Below, in pieces: positions 11,397 to 22,223 of a DNA stretch of 64,000 nt. A model generated the notes under the pieces. It ran no database searches and was not told the DNA's origin. It worked only from the letters and a program-made list of their open reading frames with translations. This stretch comes from an uncultured Pelagibacteraceae bacterium (GTDB lineage: Bacteria > Pseudomonadota > Alphaproteobacteria > Pelagibacterales > Pelagibacteraceae): NCBI GenBank assembly GCA_902590535.1, contig CACIXF010000002.1, positions 4,105 through 68,104 on the forward strand, read 5' to 3'. The translations under genes were made by a program, and so were the position numbers. Within the stretch, counting starts at the first letter, position 1. The number at the start of each line of letters is the position of its first letter.

Positions 11397-12815
11397 ATGG
11401 AAAACAATTTAAGTATAGTCAAAGATCAATTTAAAGAGTTACCAAATAACATTGAGGCGGAACAAGCAGTTATAGGATCTATACTTGTAAGCAATGATAT
11501 TTTTGATGAAATAAATACAATAATTTCCAGTATTAACTTTTATGATCCAATGCACCAAAAAATATTTGAGGCAGTTGAAAATCTTATCTACAAAGGAATG
11601 TTGGCTAACCCAATTACTTTAAAAAATTATTTTGAAGATGAAAAAGATGATCTAAATGTTCCAGAATATTTGGTTAAGATCACAAAGTTTTCTACATCAG
11701 TTAGACAAGCAATAGAATACTCAAAAATAATCTACGATATGTTTGTAAGAAGAGAATTAATAAAAATTTCTGAACAAACTATTGATAGTGCAAAATTGAA
11801 TGATCTTGATACTAACGGACAATCTATAATCGAAAGTTCTGAAAGATTATTATTTGATTTAGCTGAAAAAGGTTCTTTCAATTCTTCTTTAGTAAAATTT
11901 GATGAAGCAATGAAACAAACAATTGAAATGGCTTCAGCTGCTTATAAGAATGAAGAGGGAATCGTTGGCGTTCCGACTGGTTTAAGAGATTTAGATGATA
12001 AGCTAGGTGGTTTACATCAATCAGATTTAATTATTATTGCTGGTAGACCATCAATGGGTAAAACATCACTCGCAACAAATATTGCATTCAACGCTGCCCA
12101 AAAATTACAAGAAAGTGGTAAGAAATCATCCATAGCTTTCTTTTCACTTGAAATGTCTTCAGAACAATTATCTACAAGAATTATTTCTGAACAAGCCAGA
12201 ATCAGTTCTAATGATATTAGAAGAGGAAGAATTTCTGACGACCAATTTGACAAATTTTTAGAAACATCAAAAAATATTTCTGAACTGCCTCTTTATATTG
12301 ATGAAACTCCAGCAATAAGTATTGCTGCTTTGAGTAATAGAGCAAGACGTATTAAAAGGCTTTTTGGTCTCGATATGATTGTCGTAGATTACATCCAGTT
12401 AATGAGAGGAACTACATTTAATAAAGATGGAAGAGTTCAAGAAATATCACAAATTACTCAAGGACTTAAAGCAATAGCCAAAGAACTTTCTGTTCCTGTT
12501 GTAGCTCTTTCGCAGCTTTCTAGACAAGTAGAACAAAGAGATGATCACAAACCACAATTGGCAGACTTAAGAGAATCTGGATCCATTGAACAAGATGCTG
12601 ATGTTGTAATGTTTGTTTATAGAGAAGGATATTATTTGCAAAGAAAAGAGCCAAGAGAAGCAACAGTTGAACATGCAGAGTGGCAAGCAAAAATGAATGA
12701 AGTTGCACATTTAGCTCAAATTATAATTGGAAAACAAAGACATGGTCCTATTGGCAATGTAACTCTTGAATTTGAAGAAAGATTTACAAAATTTAAGGAT
12801 ACTCAATTAAGTTAA
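11397..12815 (+). CDS. dnaB: Replicative DNA helicase
   Basis: AGRPSMGKT, FSLEMS, VDYIQL, LSQLSR, DLRESGSIEQDAD, KQRHGP; no intein. Confidence 0.97.
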   Translation: MENNLSIVKDQFKELPNNIEAEQAVIGSILVSNDIFDEINTIISSINFYDPMHQKIFEAVENLIYKGMLANPITLKNYFEDEKDDLNVPEYLVKITKFSTSVRQAIEYSKIIYDMFVRRELIKISEQTIDSAKLNDLDTNGQSIIESSERLLFDLAEKGSFNSSLVKFDEAMKQTIEMASAAYKNEEGIVGVPTGLRDLDDKLGGLHQSDLIIIAGRPSMGKTSLATNIAFNAAQKLQESGKKSSIAFFSLEMSSEQLSTRIISEQARISSNDIRRGRISDDQFDKFLETSKNISELPLYIDETPAISIAALSNRARRIKRLFGLDMIVVDYIQLMRGTTFNKDGRVQEISQITQGLKAIAKELSVPVVALSQLSRQVEQRDDHKPQLADLRESGSIEQDADVVMFVYREGYYLQRKEPREATVEHAEWQAKMNEVAHLAQIIIGKQRHGPIGNVTLEFEERFTKFKDTQLS

Positions 12816-12836
12816 ATTCCAATATAAAGAGCTTGA

Positions 12837-15233
12837 ATGATAGCTCATTTTTATCAAAACGTTATCCTTAAAAATCCCAAAGCAATATTTGTTTTGTTAA
12901 TTATTGCTATTTTAAGTTTTGGATACTATTCAAAAAATTTTAGACTGGATGCTTCATCAGAAACCTTGTTAATAGAAGGTGACCCAGATTTAGCATATTT
13001 GAAAGAAGTCTCTGAAAGATATGGATCTAAAGAATTTTTAATTCTTACCTATACACCAAATGAGGGAATGGCGACTGACTCATCAATTAATAATTTATTA
13101 AGTTTAAAATATAAAATTCAGAGCCTCAATTGGGTCCATAGTGTGATTACATTATTAGATATTCCACTTTTAAACAATTCTGATGCTCCTCTTCAAGAAA
13201 GACTAGAAAGCTTCAAAACATTAAAAGATGAAGATGTTGATAGAAATCGAGGTTTTAAAGAAATTTTAAATAGTCCTGTTTTTCGAAATTTTGTCATTAG
13301 CGAAGATGGTAAAACTAGTGGAATTATTGTTAACATTAAACAGTCTCAAAAATTAGATGATATTGAAAATAAATCAAAAAAGGATGTTGAAATAATAAAA
13401 GATCAAATCAAAAAACAAAATCATCAGAATATTTTAGAAATTAGACAGGTTATTCAAAGCTATGGTGATGTTGGAAAGATTTATCTTGGTGGAATACCAA
13501 TGATTGCTGATGATATGATGACTTTTATCAAAAGTGATATAATAGTTTTTGGTTTGGGAGTTCTGTTATTTATAATTGCTACTTTATGGTTTGTTTTTAG
13601 AAACCTTCTTTGGATAATAGTACCTATAAGTAGTTGTCTTTTTTCTGTAATAATAATGATGGGATTACTTGGATTGCTAGGATGGAAAGTTACTGTTATT
13701 TCATCAAATTTTATTGCACTGATGTTAATTCTAACAATGGCAATGAATATTCATATGAGTACTAGGTTTCTTCAGCTTAAAAAAGATTATCCATCAAAAA
13801 ATAATTTTGAAATTATTTCCTTAACAACTTCAAAAATGTTTTGGCCAATTCTTTATACTGTTCTAACGACAATTTTTGCTTTCTTATCTTTAATTTTTAG
13901 TGAAATAAAACCTATTATTGATTTTGGCTGGATGATGACTTTTGGTTTGATTACATCATTTATCATTACATTTACTTTACTGCCTACCCTTTTAAACTTT
14001 GCACCCACAAATAATATTTCAGTGAAGAAAGAGCAGAAATCTAAAATCACAAATTTACTTGGTTTAATCTCTATAAACAATAAAAACTCTATCTTCTTAG
14101 TAACTGGAATAGTTATAATATTCAGTGTTACTGGAATAAGTAAGCTTGAAGTTGAAAATAGTTTTATAAATTACTTTGATAAGAATACTGAAATTTACAA
14201 GGGCATGAAGCTTATAGATGAGGAGCTAGGTGGAACCACTCCTTTAGAAGTTATTATAAAATTTCCTGAGAAAGAGAAGGTAAAAAAATCTGAGGAAGAT
14301 GATGAGTTTAACGATTGGAGTGATGAAGAAGATACTAACGATGAAAAATATTGGTTTACCAAAGATAAAATTGATCTAATTACATCTGTTCATAATTACT
14401 TAGATAGCTTACCAGAAATTGGTAAAGTTCTATCTTTTTCATCAATTATAGAAGTAGCTACTCAATTAAATAATAACAAGCCTTTAGGTACTTTAGAAAT
14501 GGGAGTACTTTACTCTAAAATTCCTGAGAGCATTAAAACTGAAATCATTGATCCCTATCTTTCAATTAAAGATAATGAGGCTAGAATTAGTTTAAGAATC
14601 ATAGATTCGCAGGAAGATTTAAGAAGAAATGATTTAATTAACAAAATTAATTTTGATTTAAAATATCAATTCGGGTTAGAAGAAAAAGATTACAAATTAG
14701 CAGGTGTATTAATATTATTTAACAATTTATTACAAAGCTTGTTTAAATCTCAAATTTTAACATTGGGATTAGTTATGATTGGAATATTTTCAATGTTCAT
14801 AATCTTATTTAGAAATATTAAACTTTCATTGATTGGTGTTGTTCCAAATTTTATTGCTGCTTTTTTTATACTAGGAATAATTGGATTGTTAAGAATACCT
14901 TTAGATATGATGACTATAACTATTGCAGCAATTACAATTGGAATTGCTGTAGATAACAGCATTCACTATATTTACAGATTTAAAGAAGAGTTTAATAAAA
15001 TAAAAGATTACAATAAAACATTAAAAACTTGTCATTCAACTGTTGGGGTTGCTATACTAAACACTTCAATTACGATTGTTTTTGGATTTTCAATTTTGGT
15101 TTTATCAAAGTTTATCCCAACAATTTATTTCGGTGTGTTTACAGGACTAGCTATGTTATTGGCCATGATATCGGTATTAACTTTATTGCCAGCATTAATC
15201 TTAGTGATTAAACCATTTAGCAAAGCATCTTAA
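12837..15233 (+). CDS. MMPL/RND-superfamily transporter (predicted lipid exporter)
   Basis: Two-fold repeated TM-periplasmic-5TM architecture; GIAVDNSIH motif; GGTTPLEV. Confidence 0.8.
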   Translation: MIAHFYQNVILKNPKAIFVLLIIAILSFGYYSKNFRLDASSETLLIEGDPDLAYLKEVSERYGSKEFLILTYTPNEGMATDSSINNLLSLKYKIQSLNWVHSVITLLDIPLLNNSDAPLQERLESFKTLKDEDVDRNRGFKEILNSPVFRNFVISEDGKTSGIIVNIKQSQKLDDIENKSKKDVEIIKDQIKKQNHQNILEIRQVIQSYGDVGKIYLGGIPMIADDMMTFIKSDIIVFGLGVLLFIIATLWFVFRNLLWIIVPISSCLFSVIIMMGLLGLLGWKVTVISSNFIALMLILTMAMNIHMSTRFLQLKKDYPSKNNFEIISLTTSKMFWPILYTVLTTIFAFLSLIFSEIKPIIDFGWMMTFGLITSFIITFTLLPTLLNFAPTNNISVKKEQKSKITNLLGLISINNKNSIFLVTGIVIIFSVTGISKLEVENSFINYFDKNTEIYKGMKLIDEELGGTTPLEVIIKFPEKEKVKKSEEDDEFNDWSDEEDTNDEKYWFTKDKIDLITSVHNYLDSLPEIGKVLSFSSIIEVATQLNNNKPLGTLEMGVLYSKIPESIKTEIIDPYLSIKDNEARISLRIIDSQEDLRRNDLINKINFDLKYQFGLEEKDYKLAGVLILFNNLLQSLFKSQILTLGLVMIGIFSMFIILFRNIKLSLIGVVPNFIAAFFILGIIGLLRIPLDMMTITIAAITIGIAVDNSIHYIYRFKEEFNKIKDYNKTLKTCHSTVGVAILNTSITIVFGFSILVLSKFIPTIYFGVFTGLAMLLAMISVLTLLPALILVIKPFSKAS

Positions 15234-15778
15234 TGTTAGAAATCATAAAAGATTTTTATAAAGCAATATCAATAATTGATTTAATTTATTTAATTTTAAC
15301 GATTCTTTCTTTGATAAATTGTTACAAAAAAGGTTTTATTTTAAGTATTCTTTCAATGGCTAAATGGTTGCTGGCTTATATAATTACATTAATTCTATTT
15401 CCCAAAATTAAACCATATGTAAAAGACATAATTGATAATGAATACGTACTCGATGTTAGTTTGGGAATAGTAATATTTGTGGTTGTTATCTTTTTGGTTC
15501 TATTAGTTAATAAAGGAATCAGTAAAGCGGTCAGATATACGGGAATCGGTGGCTTAGATACGACATTTGGATTCTTTTTCGGTTTTATAAGAGCTTACAT
15601 TATTTCTGTGTGTATCTTTTCAGGTATTCATATTGTTTATAATTATGATAAATGGCCAATAAATTTTGACAAATCATACGTCTTTCCATATTTAAAAAAA
15701 GGTAGTAGTTATCTGATAAAAGAATTTCCTAATGAAAAAACATATCAAGATTCTAAAGAAAAAATTACAGATCTATAA
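15233..15778 (+). CDS. cvpA: CvpA family membrane protein
   Basis: ID...KKGFI and LDTTFGFFFGFIRA motifs; directly upstream of purF. Confidence 0.85.
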   Translation: MLEIIKDFYKAISIIDLIYLILTILSLINCYKKGFILSILSMAKWLLAYIITLILFPKIKPYVKDIIDNEYVLDVSLGIVIFVVVIFLVLLVNKGISKAVRYTGIGGLDTTFGFFFGFIRAYIISVCIFSGIHIVYNYDKWPINFDKSYVFPYLKKGSSYLIKEFPNEKTYQDSKEKITDL

Positions 15779-17213
15779 TCCAAGACTAAAGGAAGAATGT
15801 GGAGTTTTTGGTATTAGCAATGCAAAAGATGCTTCAGCTCTAACAGCACTTGGACTACATGCATTGCAACACAGAGGTCAAGAAGGTTGTGGAATAGTTA
15901 CATTTGATGGAGAAAAATATTATTCTGAAAAAAGATTTGGTTTAGTTGGTGATAATTTCAATAAAGAAAAAGTACTTAATAATCTCAAGGGAAATTATGC
16001 GATTGGCCATAACAGATACAGCACAACTGGAAATAATATTTTAAGAAACATTCAGCCTTTTTTTGCTGACACCAATGCAGGTGGAATTGGAGTTGCGCAT
16101 AATGGAAATCTTACTAATTCAATTGCTTTGAGAAATAAACTCGTTGAGGATGGAGCTATATTTTACACTACTTCAGATACTGAAACAATTGTACAATTAA
16201 TTGCTAAATCAAAAAGACCAAAAACAATTGACAAAGTAATCGATGCAATTTTTCAAATTCAAGGTGGTTATGCATTAGTTATGTTAACTCAAAACTCTTT
16301 AATTGGAGTAAGAGATCCTTACGGAATTAGACCACTAGTAATTGGTAAGCTTGGTAATAGTTATGTCTTAGCATCTGAAACTTGTGCATTTGACATTATT
16401 GGTGCTAAATTTGTTAGAGAAGTTGAAAATGGTGAGATAGTTTTAATAGAAAATAACGAGCTGAAAAGTATTAAGCCTTTCCCCGCTAAAAAAGTTAGAC
16501 CTTGCGTATTTGAATATATTTATTTTTCAAGACCAGACAGTCTAATAGGAGGAAAAACGGCTTATGAGCATAGAAAAAACATAGGTAGAGAACTTGCAAA
16601 AGAAAACGATACCGATGCTGATATAGTGGTTCCAGTCCCAGACTCTGGAAATGCAGCTGCTATGGGTTTTGCACAAGAATTAAAAATGAACTTTGAACAT
16701 GGATTAATTAGAAATCATTATGTTGGAAGAACCTTCATTGAACCTAGCCAAAAAATTAGAAGCTTGGGTGTTAAATTAAAATTAAATGCTAATCAAACAA
16801 CAATTGAAAATAAAAAAATAATTCTAATTGATGACTCACTTGTTAGAGGAACAACGTCGTACAAAATTGTTAAAATGCTTTACGATGCTGGCGCAAAAGA
16901 AGTTCATGTAAAAATTGCATGTCCCGAAATAAGATATCCAGATTTCTATGGTGTAGATACACCTACAAAAAAAGAATTGTTGGCAGCAAATAAAACAAAT
17001 GATGAAATTTGTGAATATATTGGAGCTAAAACTTTGAGATTTTTATCAATTGAAGGATTGTATAAAGCTATTGGTTTTGAAAAAAGAAACGAAACATATC
17101 CACAATTAACAGATCATTATTTTACAGGTGAATATCCTGTTAAATTAGTAGATGAATTAGGAGATAATAAAATAACTCAGTTGTCTTTACTAAGTACCGG
17201 ATCAAACAATTAA
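15732..17213 (+). CDS. purF: Amidophosphoribosyltransferase
   Basis: KEE/CGVFG Ntn cysteine after a propeptide, LQHRGQE, HNRYST, DDSLVRGTT. Confidence 0.97.
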   Translation: MKKHIKILKKKLQIYNPRLKEECGVFGISNAKDASALTALGLHALQHRGQEGCGIVTFDGEKYYSEKRFGLVGDNFNKEKVLNNLKGNYAIGHNRYSTTGNNILRNIQPFFADTNAGGIGVAHNGNLTNSIALRNKLVEDGAIFYTTSDTETIVQLIAKSKRPKTIDKVIDAIFQIQGGYALVMLTQNSLIGVRDPYGIRPLVIGKLGNSYVLASETCAFDIIGAKFVREVENGEIVLIENNELKSIKPFPAKKVRPCVFEYIYFSRPDSLIGGKTAYEHRKNIGRELAKENDTDADIVVPVPDSGNAAAMGFAQELKMNFEHGLIRNHYVGRTFIEPSQKIRSLGVKLKLNANQTTIENKKIILIDDSLVRGTTSYKIVKMLYDAGAKEVHVKIACPEIRYPDFYGVDTPTKKELLAANKTNDEICEYIGAKTLRFLSIEGLYKAIGFEKRNETYPQLTDHYFTGEYPVKLVDELGDNKITQLSLLSTGSNN

Positions 17214-17216
17214 ATT

Positions 17217-17774
17217 ATGAAAACAGTAAATTTTACTGAAATGAAAAACGGAACTAAGGAAGATTATGAGCTTCTTGAAAAATTTGAGAAAAACTTTGAA
17301 AGACAAACAGCTGAGAGAGTTTTAAATTATTTATCAAAACAAACTACTACTTTGGAAGGATATAAAATCACTAGATTAGAACACTCCTTACAAGCTGCAA
17401 CAAGAGCTTTTAAAAATAAAGAAAGTGATGAAATGGTTGTTGCAACTTTAATACATGATATTGGAGATGATCTAGCGCCAATGAACCATTCCCAATATGC
17501 TGCATCCATACTTAGACCTTATGTTTCAGAAAGAACTTATTGGATTGTTCTACACCATGGTCTTTTTCAAACTTACTACAGCGCTCATCATTTAGGTGGT
17601 GACAGAAATGCAAGAGATAAATTTAAAGACCACAAGTATTATCAAGACACGATAGATTTTTGTGAAAAATATGACCAGTGTTCTTTTGACCCTGATTACA
17701 AAAGTATGACTTTGGATGATTTTAAGCCATTAGTTAAAAAAATATTCGCAAAAGAGCCTTATTATTATCTTTAA
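17217..17774 (+). CDS. HD-domain metalloprotein (PhnZ/MIOX-like diiron oxygenase branch or phosphohydrolase)
   Basis: RLEHSLQAAT, LIHDIG, NHSQ, LHHGLFQ and YDQ ligand pattern. Confidence 0.7.
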   Translation: MKTVNFTEMKNGTKEDYELLEKFEKNFERQTAERVLNYLSKQTTTLEGYKITRLEHSLQAATRAFKNKESDEMVVATLIHDIGDDLAPMNHSQYAASILRPYVSERTYWIVLHHGLFQTYYSAHHLGGDRNARDKFKDHKYYQDTIDFCEKYDQCSFDPDYKSMTLDDFKPLVKKIFAKEPYYYL

Positions 17775-17803
17775 ATTTAGGTATAAATCACTACTTACAG
17801 CGC

Positions 17804-19099
17804 ATGATTGATTCAAAAGAAGAAATTATAAATTATTTTAAATCAGGTATTAAAGAACCCAAAAATTTCAAAATTGGGATCGAGCATGAAAAGTTTTTAT
17901 TTAATAATTCAAACAATAAAAGGATTAATTATTCAAAAATAAAAGAAATGTTTACAGCCCTACTTGAATTTGGGTGGAATCCAGTTTTTGAAAAAGAAAA
18001 TATCATTGCTCTTAATAAAGGTGGAAAAAATATAACTCTTGAACCGGGCAATCAGATAGAATTATCAGGAGACAAATTAAATCACATGCACGAAGCTTGT
18101 GCAGAGTCACAAGACTATTTGTTTGAACTTAAGCAAGTTACTAAAAAACTAGATATAAAAATTGTTAGTGCAGGATTCGATCCTATATCTAAATTAAATG
18201 AAATCCCAAACAATCCTAAACAACGATATGAATTGATGACTAAAGATATGCCTCTAGGTGGCGAACTTAGTTTGGACATGATGTATCGAACATGTGGTAC
18301 ACAATTAAATATAGATTATAGCTCAGAAGAAGATTTTATTAAAAAATTTAGAGTAGCAAACTCAATAGTGCCTATTGCAATCGCTTTATTTGCGAATTCC
18401 TCAATTGTGGAGAAAAAAAATAGCAATTATTTATCTTATAGATCTAAAGTATGGCAAAGTACTTCTAGAGGTGGATTACCTAAATTATTTTTTGAAAACA
18501 TGAATTTTGAAAAATATGCAGATTTTGTAATTAATTTTCCTATATTATTTATACAACATAAAGATCAGTATATTTCAGGAAGAAAATATATTTTTAAAGA
18601 TTTTATGGAAGGAAAAATCCAAGAAATTGGAAATAGACTTCCAACTGAAGCAGACTTAACAATTCACTTAAGCACAATATTTACAGAAAACAGAGTTAAG
18701 AAATATATTGAATTGAGATCGATGGATACATGTGGTTGGGATTGTTTATGTGCAGGACCAGCTTTCAATATAGGCATGCTTTATGGGAATTTAGATGAAG
18801 TTCATGAACTAATTTCAACATGGGACAACGATAAAATAATTAATGCTTATCTAGAGGCGCCACAAAAGGGATTTAATGCTCAATTAATGGGTAAAGATCT
18901 TCTTTATTGGTCATCTACACTTTTAGATCTTTCTAGAAAAGGTTTAGAGAATAGAGATGTTTTAAGTAAAAAAGGTAATAACGAGACTTTATTTCTAAAC
19001 CATCTACAAAAAGTAATTGATGATAAGACAACAAACGCAGATCATATGATTAGTAAATTTTCAAAAAACGAAAATTTAGACGAATTGTATGATAAATAA
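17804..19099 (+). CDS. gshA: Glutamate--cysteine ligase (alphaproteobacterial/plant type)
   Basis: KIGIEHEKF, TLEPGNQIELSG, MMYRTCGTQLN, ALFANS, IELRSMD. Confidence 0.93.
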   Translation: MIDSKEEIINYFKSGIKEPKNFKIGIEHEKFLFNNSNNKRINYSKIKEMFTALLEFGWNPVFEKENIIALNKGGKNITLEPGNQIELSGDKLNHMHEACAESQDYLFELKQVTKKLDIKIVSAGFDPISKLNEIPNNPKQRYELMTKDMPLGGELSLDMMYRTCGTQLNIDYSSEEDFIKKFRVANSIVPIAIALFANSSIVEKKNSNYLSYRSKVWQSTSRGGLPKLFFENMNFEKYADFVINFPILFIQHKDQYISGRKYIFKDFMEGKIQEIGNRLPTEADLTIHLSTIFTENRVKKYIELRSMDTCGWDCLCAGPAFNIGMLYGNLDEVHELISTWDNDKIINAYLEAPQKGFNAQLMGKDLLYWSSTLLDLSRKGLENRDVLSKKGNNETLFLNHLQKVIDDKTTNADHMISKFSKNENLDELYDK

Positions 19100-20015
19100 A
19101 ATTGTTGCTGTTCAAGGAAACCATCCTTCTAAACTAAATCCTTTAACGGATACAAGTGTTTTTTTAGCAAACGAAATTCAGAACAAAAAATATAAAATAT
19201 TCTATTACGATCCAAAAGACTTATCGGTTGTTAATTCGAAAGTTACAGCTAAAGGTTTTTTTATTAAGTTTAACTATAGTAATAAAAAATTTTATAAAAT
19301 CATAAAAAAACAAAATCTAGACTTAAGTAAATGTAAATTTATTCTTATTCGCCAAGATCCACCTTTTAATCTTGAGTATATTTCAACAACATACATTTTG
19401 GATACAATTAAGACTAAAATAAAAATAATTAATAATCCTACATCTGTAAGGAATATTTCTGAAAAATTGTATTCATCTAAATATCAAAAATACATGCCAG
19501 CTACTATTTTTACTCAAAATATGGATGAAATTAAAAAATTTTTCAAAAGAAACAAAAAAGTTATTTTAAAACCCATCCATAGTTTCAGTGGAAATGATAT
19601 TCATTTACTAACTAAATTTAATTCAAAATTAGTTAATAAATTTATAAAAAAACATGATCATATAATGTGCCAAAAATTTCTTCCTAAAATAAGTAAGGGA
19701 GACAAAAGGGTTTTTATTATTAATGGGAAAGTATGTGGTGCAATTTCAAGAGTTCCAAAGAAAGGTTCAATTTTAAGTAATATGAGTAAAGGAGCAAAAC
19801 CTACTAATATAAAATTAACAAGTAAAGAAATTAAAATTTCAAAACTAATTGCAAAAGATTTAAAAAAAGAAAATATTTTTTTTGCAGGGATTGATTTTAT
19901 AGATCAAAAACTCAATGGAGATATAAATGTTACTTCTCCAACTGGACTTAAAACACTTTATGATCTATCTGGAAAAAATTTAGCTAAAATTTTTTGGAAA
20001 GAACTTAAAGTGTGA
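19089..20015 (+). CDS. gshB: Glutathione synthetase
   Basis: RQDPPFN.EY, NNP.SVRN..EK, GDKRV, INVTSPTG. Confidence 0.93.
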   Translation: MINKIVAVQGNHPSKLNPLTDTSVFLANEIQNKKYKIFYYDPKDLSVVNSKVTAKGFFIKFNYSNKKFYKIIKKQNLDLSKCKFILIRQDPPFNLEYISTTYILDTIKTKIKIINNPTSVRNISEKLYSSKYQKYMPATIFTQNMDEIKKFFKRNKKVILKPIHSFSGNDIHLLTKFNSKLVNKFIKKHDHIMCQKFLPKISKGDKRVFIINGKVCGAISRVPKKGSILSNMSKGAKPTNIKLTSKEIKISKLIAKDLKKENIFFAGIDFIDQKLNGDINVTSPTGLKTLYDLSGKNLAKIFWKELKV

Positions 20016-20887
20016 ACAATTTAACTAATCAGCAAAAAGGTTCATTGATGGCTTTTATAGGAGTTATGTTTATAACTCCTGACTCTTTACTAATTAGATT
20101 ATCAAATATTGATACTTGGGGGATGCTTTTTTACCGAGGAGCAATACCATTTGTGGTGGTTTTAATTGGTCTTCTTTTATTTTATAAAAATAATTTCTTA
20201 AAAGCTTTGTTTAAAATTGGTTACCCAGGCATTTTTTATGTAATTAGTTTTTCTATTTGTAATATTACTTTTATTATTTCAATTCAAAATACTAATGTAG
20301 CAAACACTTTATTGATGGTAGCTCTTGCACCAATGCTCTCAGCAATATTAGGGGCTATTTTCTTAAAAGAAAAACCAGATAATAAAACTTGGGTCGCTAT
20401 AATAATTACCTTCATTGCTTGTGTTTATATTTTTTACGACTCTTTAAGTCTTGGCAATTTTTATGGAGACATGTTTGGTTTAATCACTTCTTTTGGATTA
20501 GCCTGTAACGCAAACATTGCGAGATACTCTAAAACTATTGATTTAGTGCCTGCTGCTGTAATTGGAAAATCATGCGTTGCTATATTTGCCTTTTTCTTTG
20601 TTAAAGACTTTGCTCTAGTGGATAATGACCTTTTTTATATACCTTTAATGTGTGTGATGTGTGTAGCTATACCATTTGTTTTGGTCACCATAGCACCAAG
20701 ATTTATAACTGCAGCTGAAGTTAATCTATTTTTCCTATTAGAAACTATCCTTGGACCGATATGGGTTTGGATGGTTATCAAAGAACAGCCTTCCAACGAG
20801 ACTATCTATGGAGGTATTGTTATCATTATTACGATAGCAATTCATTCTTTACTGGCCATAAAAAAAACACAAACCAAAACTACGTAG
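20012..20887 (+). CDS. DMT/EamA family transporter
   Basis: About 10 TM helices; FLKE and LLETILGPIWVW...E.P motifs. Confidence 0.85.
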   Translation: MNNLTNQQKGSLMAFIGVMFITPDSLLIRLSNIDTWGMLFYRGAIPFVVVLIGLLLFYKNNFLKALFKIGYPGIFYVISFSICNITFIISIQNTNVANTLLMVALAPMLSAILGAIFLKEKPDNKTWVAIIITFIACVYIFYDSLSLGNFYGDMFGLITSFGLACNANIARYSKTIDLVPAAVIGKSCVAIFAFFFVKDFALVDNDLFYIPLMCVMCVAIPFVLVTIAPRFITAAEVNLFFLLETILGPIWVWMVIKEQPSNETIYGGIVIIITIAIHSLLAIKKTQTKTT

Positions 20888-20917
20888 CCAGAAATTATTT
20901 AAACTTATAAATTATAA

Positions 20918-22223
20918 ATGCAAAAAGAAGTAAAAAAATCCTGGGCTCTTTTTATAGGTATTGGAACAATGATGATAGCTCATGGATTACAAATGCAGAT
21001 AATGGGTATTCGTTCTGTACTTGAGGACTTTAGTGTTTTTACAACTGGTATCTTTATGTCTGGATATTATGTTGGTTATTTTGTGGGTTCAAGAACTACT
21101 CCTAATTTTGTTTCAAAAGTTGGTCATATAAGAGTATTTGCTGCGTTTGCTTCTCTTGCATCTTTAAGTGCATTAATCGCTGTTGTTTATGTAAATCCAT
21201 TTATGTGGACAATTAGTAGATTTATAACAGGTATAAGTTTAGTTAGTTGTTATGTGGTTACTGAAAGCTGGTTAAATGATAGAGCAACTAATAAAAATAG
21301 AGGACAACTATTGTCTGCTTATATGATGGTTATCTATTTTGGATTAGCTATAGGTATGTTGCTACTTAATATTAGTAAACCAGATGCTTATGAACCATTT
21401 ATTTTAGTTTCTATTTTGCTATCTGTTGCTCTTGTTCCTATTTTATTAACTAAAAGACCTGCACCTAAATTTAAAAAAAATAGAGACAATAAGCATTAAA
21501 GAATTATATAAAATTTCACCACTAGGTTCATTGAGTTCATTCTTTACTGGTATTATTCATGCAGCATTCTTCTCTTTAATATCTGTTTATGCAACACTTG
21601 CAAAATTTACTTTAGTTGAAACATCGATACTTTTATTTATTGCAACAATTGCAGGAGTGATTGGTCAAGGGCCAATAGGTTATTTTTCAGATACATTTGA
21701 TAGAAGAAAAGTCATCGTAATTACAACATTTGGAAGTTCTTTTTTAGCATTTATTTCAATTCTAACTTCAAATGATCCAATCCAAAATATTTATTACATG
21801 GATGAATTTTCTTTTAGAAAAATTATATTTTTTATTGCTGTAGGATTATATTCAAGTTTATGTCTTCCTTTGTTTTCACTTAACCTTGCTCACACAAATG
21901 ACTTTGTTCCTAAATCAAAATTCGTAGCGGCTGGAGGTGGTTTGCAGTTTATCTTTGGTGTAGGCGCAATTAGTGGTCCTATTTTATGTTCTGTATTTAT
22001 GGAATGGTTTGGTTTAAATGGTTTATTTATTTTTTTAATTATTGCTCATGCGATAATTGGTGGATTTGGTTTATATAGGATGAAAGTTAGAAACACTGTT
22101 GAAAACCCAGACTCAACTTTTACACCTGTACCAGCAACAATTACACCTGCTGGACTAGAACTTGACCCAGACACACCTGCAACACTTGATGAAAATCCAG
22201 TTAATGAAACTGTAAAAACTTAA
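20918..22223 (+). CDS. MFS transporter (YcaD-like), +1 frameshift in an A8 run
   Basis: ORFs 20918..21499 and 21531..22223 join on removing one A at 21473-21480. VGHIRVFAAFAS, ESWLN...NRGQLLSAY, SD.FDRR. Confidence 0.82.
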
